A DNA stretch of 63,825 nucleotides, counting the filler, from Octopus bimaculoides (taxonomy: Eukaryota), in the NCBI RefSeq assembly GCF_001194135.2. It is 6 parts of 5 records of this genome, joined end to end, with 100 filler letters (N's around TTAATTAATTAA, not from the genome) between each part and the next. Parts side by side here need not be neighbours in the genome. Positions count along the whole stretch, not along the records: positions 28,935 to 55,738 come from NC_069000.1; positions 55,839 to 57,872 come from NC_068985.1; positions 57,973 to 60,154 come from NW_026427086.1; positions 60,255 to 62,396 come from NC_069007.1; positions 62,497 to 63,825 come from NC_069000.1; 1 more part is not named here. The stretch is one strand, 5' to 3'. Position numbers and translations under genes: made by a program. The notes under the pieces were generated by a model. That model was not told the origin of the DNA. It did not search any database and worked only from the letters and a program-made list of their open reading frames with translations. Of this stretch, positions 52,560-63,825 are shown piece by piece (the first letter of the stretch is position 1; the number at the start of each line of letters is the position of its first letter).

Positions 52560-52960
52560 ACATTTTTGATCATACGTTTTTTTTTTGTCATCGCCCATGC
52601 TCTAATTATAACAGTTGTTATTTTCACATTCATGCACCACATCGTGAACACTTCAATTTCGATATCTTTGTATTTTGACAAATTTTTCTCTTCTTTTGGT
52701 GCAATAAATGAGCGAGAATGGAAGCAGTGTGTATCACTAAGCAGTTGTTTCTTTTCTTTTTTTTTCTTTCTATCCTTGATTATCATTGATTTCTTTTTCA
52801 GTTTGAACAGTCATATACTAAGGGATTGTGACCTAGTCATTGCCATGTACTCTATTTTGCATATACTTACACTATTTGGTGTTAGCTTTTATGTTGTAGT
52901 GTTGGCACATTTCCCAGTGGCTATAACAACTTCTGTGGTGATGTCCGTATACATATAATT
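52560..52960 (-). mobile_element. Decayed R4/Dong-like RLE fragment
   Basis: KEEKNLSKYKDIEIEVFTMWCMNVKITTVIIRAW, matching the K..KY.DL..E…W motif of the other copies. Confidence 0.65.
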
Positions 52961-53115
52961 ATATTTGGCTAGGACTGGACTGACAGGGACAATGTGGCTA
53001 ACTGTCTAATTGTACTGGTTGTACATCTTGTGCTTAGTATTCGGGGCTATTTTCATTATTTTGCTTTTGTTGGCCACATTCTCTGGTTGTCTATGATTAT
53101 TAATATTATTATTTA

Positions 53116-53340
53116 GGCGCAGGAGTAGCTGTGTGGTAAGTAGCTTGCTTACCAGCCACATGGTTCCGGGTTCAGTCCCACTGCGTGGCACCTTGGGCAA
53201 GTGTCTTCTACTATAGCCTCTGGCCGACCAAAGCCATGTCAGTGGATTTGGTAGACGGAAACTGAAAGAAGCCCGTCGTATATTTGTTTATATATATGTG
53301 TGTGTATGTATATGTTGTGCATCTGTGTTTGTCCCCACTG
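53116..53340 (+). mobile_element. tRNA-derived SINE, second family (GGCGCAGGAGT…GGTAGACGGAAACTGAAAGAAGCCC)
   Basis: A-box-like TAGCTGTGTGG, B-box-like GGTTCAGTCCC and a conserved body. Related copies at ~5245-5400, ~5553-5700, ~8725-8870, ~15400-15540, ~35017-35395 and ~42324-42560; tails at ~8970-9190, ~26395-26570, ~59925-60120 (minus) and ~60340-60470. Confidence 0.85.
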
Positions 53341-54045
53341 TGACCGATATCTTCTACAAGCATGCATTGACTGCGGAAGCTAGAGAATTGGATTTCCTCC
53401 AAACGCGCTATCCATCAAGTGAAGTGACTCGCACATCTCACAGCATTCCTTATAACAAAGACTCAACACTAGTTCGCGCTTGATCAAATACCGCAGTTCA
53501 GTTAAGGGACAGAAGAAAAGCGTGCTGCATAGAACGAGGCTACACCTGTTCCCTGCAAAGAACATAGAATCTCGTTACACCTAATTATGCAGCAAACTCC
53601 TTTTTGTTATTTTTTTCCTATTCCAAGCTTAATGTTTATTTACAAAATACTTTAATAATCATTGCTAAAAAGACAGCCGTATCTACTTTTATGCAAATTA
53701 TCAGTTTTTCATCTCAGCTGAGTTTTATTATTAAACGCCTGAGGTAGAGATCGGTATTGCTAGATATTCCATCGCTTTATTACAATAATAAGAATTTTAT
53801 CTTCATATGTATTGCATCGTTATCATATTCATCATTTCATCTTCGTTATAGTAATTATTGTTACTACTATTATTTAATCAATGTTTTCTTCACAACTGGG
53901 ATCGTTATTTTCATTCTAGGAGGGGGAGGAGGAGGAGGAGNNNNNNNNNNNNNNNNNNNNNNNNNNNNNNNNNNNNNNNNNNNNNNNNNNNGAAGAAGAA
54001 GAAGAAGAAGAAGAAGAAGAATAAGAAGAAGAAGAAGAAGAAGAA

Positions 54046-54515
54046 CGTCTCAGGGTTTAAGCAAAGTGAACGGATGCTACAAGTTGATACAATGCAATGT
54101 ATGGTGAGGTTACATGGAGGTATGAAAAGAAAAAAATACCAAAAACAGACAGGAAAAAAACACCAAGAAAAAAAAGAAAATGTTTTTCAAAAGTGGGAAA
54201 CTTGAGAACTCTTTGAAGGGACCTCACAAAACCACGATCACACTGACAACTAGCACAACTATTCTCTCCCCATACCCTTCCCTCAGTCTTTTGGCGCATG
54301 CTCAGAACAGGCTCATTCACTTGAACCATCCTTGCCACATTTACCCAACGTTCAACAAATTTGTGAGACGGCAGCACTTCCCTCTCTACAACCATTTTCT
54401 TATTCAGGTGTGGATAAAATGGAAGCTGTTTGTCTCCAGCTTAATCAGTCTTATCCACCACACAACCTCTTTCGCCGAAACCACCCGGCAGATGAACACT
54501 GTCTGACCTTTTAAA
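54046..54515 (-). mobile_element. Tx1/L1-clade LINE 3' fragment
   Basis: VFICRVVSAKEVVWWIRL…VVEREVLPSHKFVERWVNVARMVQVN, homologous to the 24.4-kb C-terminus. The 3' UTR abuts a (TTC)n run on its own strand. Confidence 0.75.
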
Positions 54516-55838
54516 ATCTTGTCTCATTCATTAATTACAGTGCGTCAAAGAAAAAGTAAAGAATATGGAATAATTTCATAAGTTACGAAAAAAGCTCGTC
54601 CATTTTTAAATTAAATTTCGCATTCAATTTGAAATTCTAAATGAATTAAAACAATCTGTTGTTATTTTGGAAAGGAATTGTCTAAAAAGTGAGATTTTAT
54701 ATTTTTTGCAAATGTTATAACCCTGTCAAAGTTTGATGCTTTTCTCGGATATGTAGTCGCAGAATTAATAACATCTCCAGAATTTGCAACATACAATTTT
54801 TTAAAGTGTTAGTGAACTTCACAGACAGATACCCAATCGTATCAGGCTGTTAAATATTTTTTTTCAACCAGATAAAATATCGTAAACATTGAAAACATCT
54901 GCATCTAAATTGAATATCTACCATATAACATTGTAGTGTATATCTAAAAATTTTAAATCTTCAATTGAAAGAACTACAAATATTTGCGGAACGCAATCAG
55001 TTGGTTTGATTACGAAATAAGAATTTCATGTTTTCCATGAATACAAAATTCTTTCAATAAAAGGCGGTGAAGAAAAGCACCTGATTGCTAGATGGAAAAG
55101 AATTTCTTTAAAATTTATATCCATCAATACATGAAAATATGAGAATTTTATATTTTTTGCTGGTAGAGTAAATCACTATATATTATTTATTACACATAGG
55201 CTATAAAGCTTCAACAAGATCTATAATCACATAAAACTTGAGAATTATAATGATGGTAATATTAAAAGTATTTCTAGTTTCGCAAATTTGCTGAAATACT
55301 TAGTTATTATGGTTAAAAATGTATAACATTTACAACAGAAACACATTCATAAAATATGCTTAGATTTTATTAGAAAATGACACTGGCGTCCCTCTGGCGT
55401 CTTTTCCAAAACAGATAAGAACATATACAAAAAGGATTGAAATATAAGGTAATGTTTTTACCAAAAAAGAAACACAAAAGGAATGGTAGGCCTACTGTAA
55501 ATATATACATGTAGTATACCTACCTACCTACTTACCTACCTACCTACATACATACATACATACATACATACATACACACATACATACATATATTTATATA
55601 TATCAGGTCATCCCATAAGTTCTGTCCGATTTTACCTTTTTTTTAAATTGAATGAAATTTAATAGTATTTTAGAATGTCTAATGGAATTAAAATTATTTT
55701 TATGCATTTGTGTACATTTACTCTAATCAAATATTATTNNNNNNNNNNNNNNNNNNNNNNNNNNNNNNNNNNNNNNNNNNNNTTAATTAATTAANNNNNN
55801 NNNNNNNNNNNNNNNNNNNNNNNNNNNNNNNNNNNNNN

Positions 55839-55913
<75 letters not shown>

Positions 55914-57011
55914 AACTTACATACATACATACATACATACTCATATATATTTTATTCCTCTCGTAAATAGATAAACGCGTGCAGAAACTAACTAAAAAGA
56001 AGCAAAAGCAATAATAAACGAAATAAATTAATAAGACCAAAGAATGTGTAATCATAAAATAAATATCACTCTATAAAAAAAGAAACAAACTATCAAGTAA
56101 ATTCGGGTCAAATCTATAGAAATGATGGATTTTCTTAGTACATTGTTCTCTGGCCTATAAAATAAATGTAACATGTGAGGAGACTAATGATAGGAATAAA
56201 TAGAATTGTTTTTTATTTAGAATTTGTACTTGATTGACAAGTAATTTGATCTCAGATTGTGTACTGAAACGCAAGCCAATACAGTGTCGTTGTCATAATG
56301 GCCATTTAAAACACAGGTTCATAATGTTATATATTTTAGTTTATTTCGTGGCACTGAGAATTTGTGCCAATGGTTTAAGTTGTAGGTGTTATGTAGATGA
56401 CGAAGTTTTAAAGCTTTGTGTTATATATTATGACAAAATGCACTGAATGTAATGGCGTATCTGCGTTTTAAATGATTTTTCATGATACTTTCACGATGTA
56501 ATTAATCATTTATATTCTTTTATTTTCATTATTATTTTTGTCACTATCAACACATTTCTGAACTGGAGATTTTAGATTCTATTCTTCATTCTGAAACACG
56601 TGTTGATTTCTCGATAAAAGTCATGTATGATTTAGCTTCAGAATGCACATATACACATAGATATCGAAAAACACGCTCATATGCAGACATACACATACTA
56701 TTCTGTCTTCTACATAAATCTTAGTGTTACAAACAGACGATCTCATGTATCGCTGTGTAGTTTAAGAAGTTCGCCCTTCAACCATTTTGAGGTGTTAAAA
56801 ATTTAGTTTGGGGAGAAAATTTGATGTTAATATACGAGAGTGAGAACTAAGGAAAATCCCATTAAGGCAATATTTAGAAATCTACGTGAATTCAAATGAT
56901 TTTAATTTTTAAAATGTTCAAAGAACAATCCATAATACCGCAAAGTAATGGAAAAATCATTTTATCCAGAAATTTTCTCCGAGACTAAACTTATTATAGG
57001 ATTTAAATAAT

Positions 57012-57221
57012 GGTTTCAAGTTTTGGCACAAGGCCAGTAATTTGGGGGAAGGGGTAAGTCGTTTACACCAATCTCTGTGTGTGACTAATAATTATTTTAT
57101 CGACTCCGAAAGGATGAAAAGCAATGTCGACCTCCGCGGAATTGAAACTCAGAACGTAAAAACGGACTAAATGCCGCCACGCATTTTGACCGGCGCTCTA
57201 ACGATTCTGCCAGTTCGCCGC
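57012..57221 (-). mobile_element. GGCGGCGAG-family SINE
   Basis: Reverse complement of full head, body and tail (…AACGATTCTGCCAGTTCGCCG; GGTTTCAAGTTTTGGCACAAGGCC). Confidence 0.85.
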
Positions 57222-57502
57222 ATTCGAAAGGAAATTAGCAATAAAGTTGTTAAGTAATAAATTTATGAATACCACAAATCAAAATCTTGAAAATCCTTGA
57301 AATCAGCAAATGAAAGTGCTAAATTCAAACAACAGCATTCTATTTGATCGATTTTATTTTTACCGACTGATTATTTATCATTATTATTATTGATAAACAG
57401 CGTTTCATTTTCTGACAATAAGCTTTTTTCAATACACACATCCACACGCTTAATGTATAATGTATGAGTATACATACATGCATGCATGCATACATACATA
57501 CA

Positions 57503-57534
<32 letters not shown>

Positions 57535-60500
57535 CATACTCATATGCATATACATACGTATGTCTGCATGTGTGTATGTTTATATATATATATAAAGAAT
57601 GTATTTCGGTGAAGCGATTCTCCCCACGACAGCATATATATATATATATATATATAAAAGGGTAGCAAAAACTATACAGAGTTATACTACCAGTGGCCTA
57701 GCATATATAAAAAGTCAATAGACAACATATTCCATATAAAATAAAGAGAAATTTCCTATAACAGGTAACTTCTACACGCTAGAAGGCAGTAAAAAACGAC
57801 CGAAAACCACAATAAAGTTAAGACATTTCAAAGGGAAGAAAGAATAAAATTTTTACCTTTTTTTTTACCTTANNNNNNNNNNNNNNNNNNNNNNNNNNNN
57901 NNNNNNNNNNNNNNNNTTAATTAATTAANNNNNNNNNNNNNNNNNNNNNNNNNNNNNNNNNNNNNNNNNNNNATAATAATAACAATGATAATAATAATAA
58001 TAACAATAATAATAATAATAATGGAAGTAAATGTTTTTTCTTGGAGTAAAAGATGGACTACAGAAAATATTCTGCTCAGTACCACAAATTTGCTTGTCAA
58101 TTGTTTGATCTTAACCATTTGAGCATGTCCCTTAGTGTCTGATGATGTGTGCATCTCTGATCACGAACAGGAGCATCATATCCATGTGTTGAGAGAGATT
58201 CTGTGAGGTTTGAATAGTTCATCCCCGGAAACATGGGTGTTTCATTCATCATCTTTAAATAACCCTTACTTAAGGATCTTTTGAGCGAGATGGGCTACTC
58301 GACCTGAAAAAAAATTCTAACTAGGCCCCACCTGCAAGGTAATGCGTTGTTCTACCCCAATATGCGATCACAGCGTCACGTACATATGGCTGTGATGCAT
58401 GTGCCTGATGTACCCTTATCAGACGGGTAGTCTTGATGGGTGTATTGGACCTCGTATACTTGTAACCCGGCATCACTTTGATGGCGGATGTTGTTCTCTC
58501 ACTTAATAATAATAATAACAATAGCAATAGTTGCTAATGACTCAATGACTCAAATATTAATAAGAGCTGTAGCCGAGCCCTGCATTTGACTGATATTTAT
58601 TTTATCTACTCACGGAAGAATGACAGAGTGAATCGGGTGTTTAAACACATTGACCTTACTAAATGCCATTGATTACTCAAGCTAAACTTGGAATGATGAT
58701 GATGATGATGATGATGATGANNNNNNNNNNNNNNNNNNNNNNNNNNNNNNNNNNNNNNNNNNNNNNNNNNNNNNNNNNNNNNNNNNNNNNNNNNNNNNNN
58801 NNNNNNNNNNNNNNNNNNNNNNNNNNNNNNNNNNNNNNNNNNNNNNNNNNNNNNNNNNNNNNNNNNNNNNNNNNNNNNNNNNNNNNNNNNNNNNNNNNNN
58901 NNNNNNNNNNNNNNNNNNNNNNNNNNNNNNNNNNNNNNNNNNNNNNNNNNNNNNNNNNNNNNNNNNNNNNNNNNNNNNNNNNNNNNNNNNNNNNNNNNNN
59001 NNNNNNNNNNNNNNNNNNNNNNNNNNNNNNNNNNNNNNNNNNNNNNNNNNNNNNNNNNNNNNNNNNNNNNNNNNNNNNNNNNNNNNNNNNNNNNNNNNNN
59101 NNNNNNNNNNNNNNNNNNNNNNNNNNNNNNNNNNNNNNNNNNNNNNNNNNNNNNNNNNNNNNNNNNNNNNNNNNNNNNNNNNNNNNNNNNNNNNNNNNNN
59201 NNNNNNNNNNNNNNNNNNNNNNNNNNNNNNNNNNNNNNNNNNNNNNNNNNNNNNNNNNNNNNNNNNNNNNNNNNNNNNNNNNNNNNNNNNNNNNNNNNNN
59301 NNNNNNNNNNNNNNNNNNNNNNNNNNNNNNNNNNNNNNNNACAACAATTCTGTGACGGGAGATAAATTCCATTTTGGATAGAATGATTGTTGTCAAATGA
59401 CGTCACACTGCGACCATTCAGTTACAGTGGAGAGATAGTCTAAGGTAGAGATTCCAGGAATGTCTACGATGCAAACGAACAGGGTCATGGAGTGCAGATG
59501 ACACAATATATTATTGTTGACGAGATTCAATTATTGAGATCTACTTATCACTCCCTTTCTCTATCTCTCTCTTCCTCTCTCCTTTTTTCTTTTCGCCTTT
59601 TTCTCTCGCTTTATATATATATATATGTATGTATATATGTATATATATATACTTCGTATGTGTATTTCGTGTGCAAGATTCTTGATGTGGGTGCGTGTGT
59701 TGAAAGAAATACAATTAAACCTTGGGAGAGGCATTATACCGGTAATAAATGGAAGTGGAGAGACAAGTTACTGAAGAGATTGCAAGAGTGCAATGAAATG
59801 ATTTAACAAAACACTAAATACTGTTTATAAATTAATTAAGGACTGAACCAGTGCGTGTGTTTATTACCGGCATAATGCCTCTCCCAAGGTTTAATTGTAT
59901 GTATATACTCTTTTACTCTCTTACTTGTTTCAGGCATTTGACTACGGCCATGCTGGAGCACCGCCTTTATTCGAGCAAATCGACCCCAGGACTTATTCTT
60001 TGTAAACCTAGTACTTATTCTGTCGATCTCTTTTGCCGAACCGCTAGTTTAGGGGAACGTAAACACACCAGCATCGGTTGTCAAGCGATATTAGGGGGAC
60101 AAATACAGACACACAAACACAAACACACACACACACAAACACAAACGCGCGCACNNNNNNNNNNNNNNNNNNNNNNNNNNNNNNNNNNNNNNNNNNNNTT
60201 AATTAATTAANNNNNNNNNNNNNNNNNNNNNNNNNNNNNNNNNNNNNNNNNNNNCATACTCAACGCAGATATACTGTTGAAATTCTGGAAACTGCGTTAC
60301 TCGCCTCGAAAAAGCATCTTACATAGACGCATATTGTTGCTTTGTTTACGTCCCTGTAACTTAGCGCATCGGTAAAAGAGACCGATAAAATAAGACTTAA
60401 AATAAAGACGTACTATGAGCAGCCGGTGCCCCAACATGGTTACTGTCCAATGGCTGAAACAAGATTATCATAAATTTATAAATAGCTTTTCTGAAAAATG

Positions 60501-61022
60501 CTTTTAAGCCTTCTCCGCAGAACGGATGCAGCGGTCCAGATCCGCTGTGTTAAACCATATAACGAATTAAGTCAACCCTCAATGAACAGCAATAGTCCCT
60601 CGGGTGGGGTTGTGCGCATTATCATCTATCAAATTTCATCCGCAAAACTCTGAGTAACTCGATGCTGTAGTAGAAAATTTTGTCCAGTTCGCTGTGCAGT
60701 GAAATTGAACCGAAAAATTCAAGCAAGCATGACTCAATGCAATTAGTGATACAGAAGTTATACTTACATAGCATAAAGCTTTGTATAAATTTAATTGGTG
60801 AATCAGGAAATCATGCTTGTCTTTATTATAGATGACACTATTCTCCTGCAAGTAAAGAAATATTGGTGTGGTGAAATATTTAGTTTAATGATAAAATTGA
60901 TAGCTGATCAATATATTAGTCCAATTAAATGTGTGGTTATTGGATAGCGATTGATTATAAAAAAGGTAGCGTCTCATAAAGCGAGATTTATATATCTTAA
61001 ATTTGGAGAGGAATTTGTAGTG

Positions 61023-61096
61023 GGTAGTTTAGCTTAATCGGTCAAAGCATCGTGACGCGTAATCACAGGGATGTGAGTTCGTGTCCACAGCTAGCC
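61023..61096 (+). tRNA. Degenerate tRNA-like cloverleaf (pseudo-tRNA or solo SINE head), anticodon CGT (Thr) if aligned as drawn
   Basis: Acceptor GGTAGTT/AGCTAGC (1 mismatch), D-stem GCTT/AAGC, anticodon stem GTGA/TCAC with loop CGCGTAA, T-arm GTGAG-TTCGTGT-CCAC (1-nt deletion). TTTT at 61105-61108. Confidence 0.5.
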
Positions 61097-61649
61097 ACCT
61101 ACACTTTTCTCTGTAAAATAGGGATAGTTTATCCTGTTCAGGCTATATCATTAGCATTATTCTGCGATTGAGAATTTAAAAAAGCACTTCTTTAACTTTC
61201 TAACACGCTTCTAAAAGCAAGACTTCGTTTGTTTATTTACGTTTGTCGTAATTTGAATTTAATATATTTGTGTGTTGTTTGCGTTATATAGAAAACTCGA
61301 GAGAAAGTGAAATAATTGTTTTTTTTTAACGGTTGAACTCGATGTGGATGAAGCTATAAAGAATGACGTGTAAATATTGAGTTTTAAAATCCATTCGGAT
61401 AGGAAAAAATGTTTTTTTCTATCGAAAGATATTTTTCGTCTTCGTGTTTACGCGCGATTATTCATAGCATTATCTACTTCGAGTTCGCCGTTAAAAAAAA
61501 GAAACAATAAAGAAAACGAATATATTGGTATGTTAAGGTGGTGTTTGGGACATAACAAAAGACAAATATATATTGGTATATTAAGACGATGCTTGGTATG
61601 CAAAGAATTGCCCAAAACGTCACTTCGCTTCCTTCATAAGAGAGCTAAA

Positions 61650-61736
61650 TCTTCGTCGTCGTCATCATCGTCATCGTCATCACCGTTATCACCAACACTA
61701 CTACCACCACCACCATCATCACCACCACCACCAAAC

Positions 61737-61794
<58 letters not shown>

Positions 61795-61985
61795 GTCCTC
61801 GTCATCATCATCATCGTCCTCGTCATCATCATCATCGTCATCATCATCATCATCATCCTATCATCATCCTCATGATCATGATGATGATGATCATCGTTAT
61901 CATCACCACAGCCACCACCACCACCACCACCACCACCGCCAAACCATCATCCTCATCATCATCATCATCGCTGTCGTCACCAGAA
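61650..61985. repeat. Compound trinucleotide microsatellite (TCG/TCA/CAT/CAC)n, representative of dozens of (TA)n, (CA)n, (GA)n, (TACA)n, (GATA)n, (AAT)n and (ATC)n runs across the window
   Basis: Directly visible; most N-gaps are bordered by such runs. Confidence 0.95.
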
Positions 61986-62119
61986 AACACTACCCTTATA
62001 CGATGTCATCAAATGAGACAAATGATAGGCCATGGTGAAAGCAGTAACAAGGTTTTATATATATATATATATATGTATATATATGTATATATATGTATGC
62101 AAATATGTGTGTGTTTGTG

Positions 62120-62150
<31 letters not shown>

Positions 62151-62650
62151 GTATATGTGTGTATACACGTGCATATTTATATGTATACATACGCATATGC
62201 ATATACATATATATATATATATACATATACACATACATACACACAGATGCGTGTAAATCACTGCTAAATACATCAAATATCCACCAATAAGAAAACTGTC
62301 AGCGGCGTGTGAAGAAAAAAAAAATTACAGGCAAAAAAAAAAAAAACGAAAAACAAAATCGAAAGGAAGAAACACACACACACACACACACACACANNNN
62401 NNNNNNNNNNNNNNNNNNNNNNNNNNNNNNNNNNNNNNNNTTAATTAATTAANNNNNNNNNNNNNNNNNNNNNNNNNNNNNNNNNNNNNNNNNNNNAAGA
62501 TGCATACATACATACAGACGTACATATATGTCTAATACATACATATAAAATTTATATAAACAGCAGGTTGCAAACTTTCACCAAAAATGAGAATTATAAT
62601 TGTCACTTAATGTGACTAGGGCGTTAAGAAACACACACACATACATATGA

Positions 62651-62865
62651 GGGCGGGGCGCTGGCAGAATCGTTAGCACGCCGGGCGAAATGCTTAGCGG
62701 TATTTCGTCCGTTCAAATTCCGCCGAGGTCGACTTTGCCTTTCATCCTTTCGGGGTCGATTAAATAAGTACCAGTTACGCACTGGAGTCGAGGTAATCGA
62801 CTTAATCCCTTTGTCTGTCCTTGTTTGTCACCTCTATGTTTAGCCCTTGTGGGCAATAAAGAAAT
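62651..62865 (+). mobile_element. GGCGGCGAG-family SINE with an alternative 3' tail
   Basis: Same head and body as the other copies, but ends TTGTCTGTCCTTGTTTGTCACCTCTATGTTTAGCCCTTGTGGGCAATAAAGAAAT (62811-62865). Confidence 0.9.
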
Positions 62866-62878
62866 ATACATATATATA

Positions 62879-63015
62879 TATCGTAACATATAATTGCCAA
62901 CCAAGTGTGGCGTCCTATACAGGACAGTGCTACTGACGTTTACAGCCCCAGAAAGACATCTCTTCCAACATTGTCCCGTATAGGACGCCACGCTTGGTTG
63001 GCAATTGTTACGATA
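62879..63015. mobile_element. MITE-like hairpin (~45-bp inverted arms, ~45-nt spacer)
   Basis: TATCGTAACA(TAT)AATTGCCAACCAAGTGTGGCGTCCTATACAGGACA versus the reverse complement of TGTCCCGTATAGGACGCCACGCTTGGTTGGCAATTGTTACGATA. Confidence 0.75.
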
Positions 63016-63825
63016 CGGTATTGCTACTGTTTACATCTCGCTCAGAGATTTAATATAGCTTATATATGAATATATATGCGAATAGAGAGAGAGATAGAGA
63101 GACGGTGTGCGTGAGCACTCGTGTACTAACGTTTGCGTATTATGATGCGGTATCTTAATTTGACACCGCTAGACACATATCGGTGCCTTTGTTTATATCG
63201 TGTAAAGTGGTTGTTCGGTAAACAATTAATCCGTACATTTTTTCGTATAGTACATTTTTAATATACTTTTACCAGAAAACGGATGACAGCGACTTGGAGT
63301 GTCCGAAAGAGGCAAACAGGCTGAAGCTCACTTCTTGCAAAAGTAAAATAAATAAACTTTATGTATGTCATTGTTCAGTTTTATTTCAAGATTTCTTGCC
63401 ATGTATGTATGTATGTATGTATGTATGTATGCATGCATGTATGTACGAACGCGCGCGCGCACTCACACACACAGACACACCCACACATACACACACAAAC
63501 GCCAACATTTTCCAGTCAGCACTTTTGACAAATTATCTTTGTATGCATGTACATATACACACGTGTATATATATATACATATATAATAATACAAATAATA
63601 TGTGAGTATATGTATATATGTGTACATGTATGTAGATACCTACATCTACATGTATATATAGATGCGTATCTGGGTACAGGACGTCACAAGAAAACGTGGA
63701 CAAAATGAATAACAAGACATAAACAGAGCACAGAAAACACACAGGCCACATAGAGAACAGTTCCTTCATCAGCTGCCATCATTCTAAAACTAAGCGTTTC
63801 GAAGAGTTAGGGCAATATATATATA

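Noticed and set aside
52359-52958. 199-aa hydrophobic ORF resembling a multi-pass membrane protein
   Set aside because: It is the T-rich antisense of an A-rich decayed Dong fragment; no receptor motifs.
55603-55640. CAGGTCATCCCATAAGTTCTGTCCG, mariner-TIR-like
   Set aside because: A single short segment before a gap, with no partner TIR or transposase visible.
61377-62267. 296-aa His/Pro/Ser/Thr-rich ORF
   Set aside because: It is open only because (CAT)n, (CAC)n, (TCG)n and (TA)n repeats lack stops in that frame; no domain or coding signal.
63764-63815. GAAAC…CTGATGA motifs on the minus strand suggesting a type II hammerhead
   Set aside because: Stem I cannot form and stem II is only ~3 bp; at most a Penelope-like relic, cut by the window edge.

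Overview
AT-rich eukaryotic scaffold, saturated with microsatellites and broken by many N-gaps. The tRNA-derived SINE families and microsatellite load suggest an octopod cephalopod (Octopus); this is inference from recognition, not a search. One intact host CDS is visible: a 330-aa class A GPCR with an intronless CDS (11244-12236, minus), FMRFamide/orphan peptide-receptor-like. The rest is mostly transposon debris: three SINE families, about a dozen R4/Dong-like RLE LINE fragments mostly beside (AAT)n runs, two DD37D (maT) Tc1/mariner relics, a CR1 3' end, two Tx1/L1-type ORF2 fragments, a Penelope-like hammerhead relic and several long inverted repeats. The best lead is at 15979-18123. A ~1.7-kb retroelement encodes only a gag-like ORF1 (CCHC knuckle, no ORF2). 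It sits inside a SINE with a 6-bp duplication (CGGTAT), and the whole SINE+insert cassette lies between 15-bp direct repeats. Its 3' tail is shared with a SINE variant (62811-62865) and, more weakly, with an RT-deleted Tx1 ORF2 fragment (24727-24751). This suggests a Tx1 LINE / ORF1-only 'half-LINE' / SINE partnership that may target SINEs. Coordinates of decayed repeats are approximate; all alignments were done by eye.
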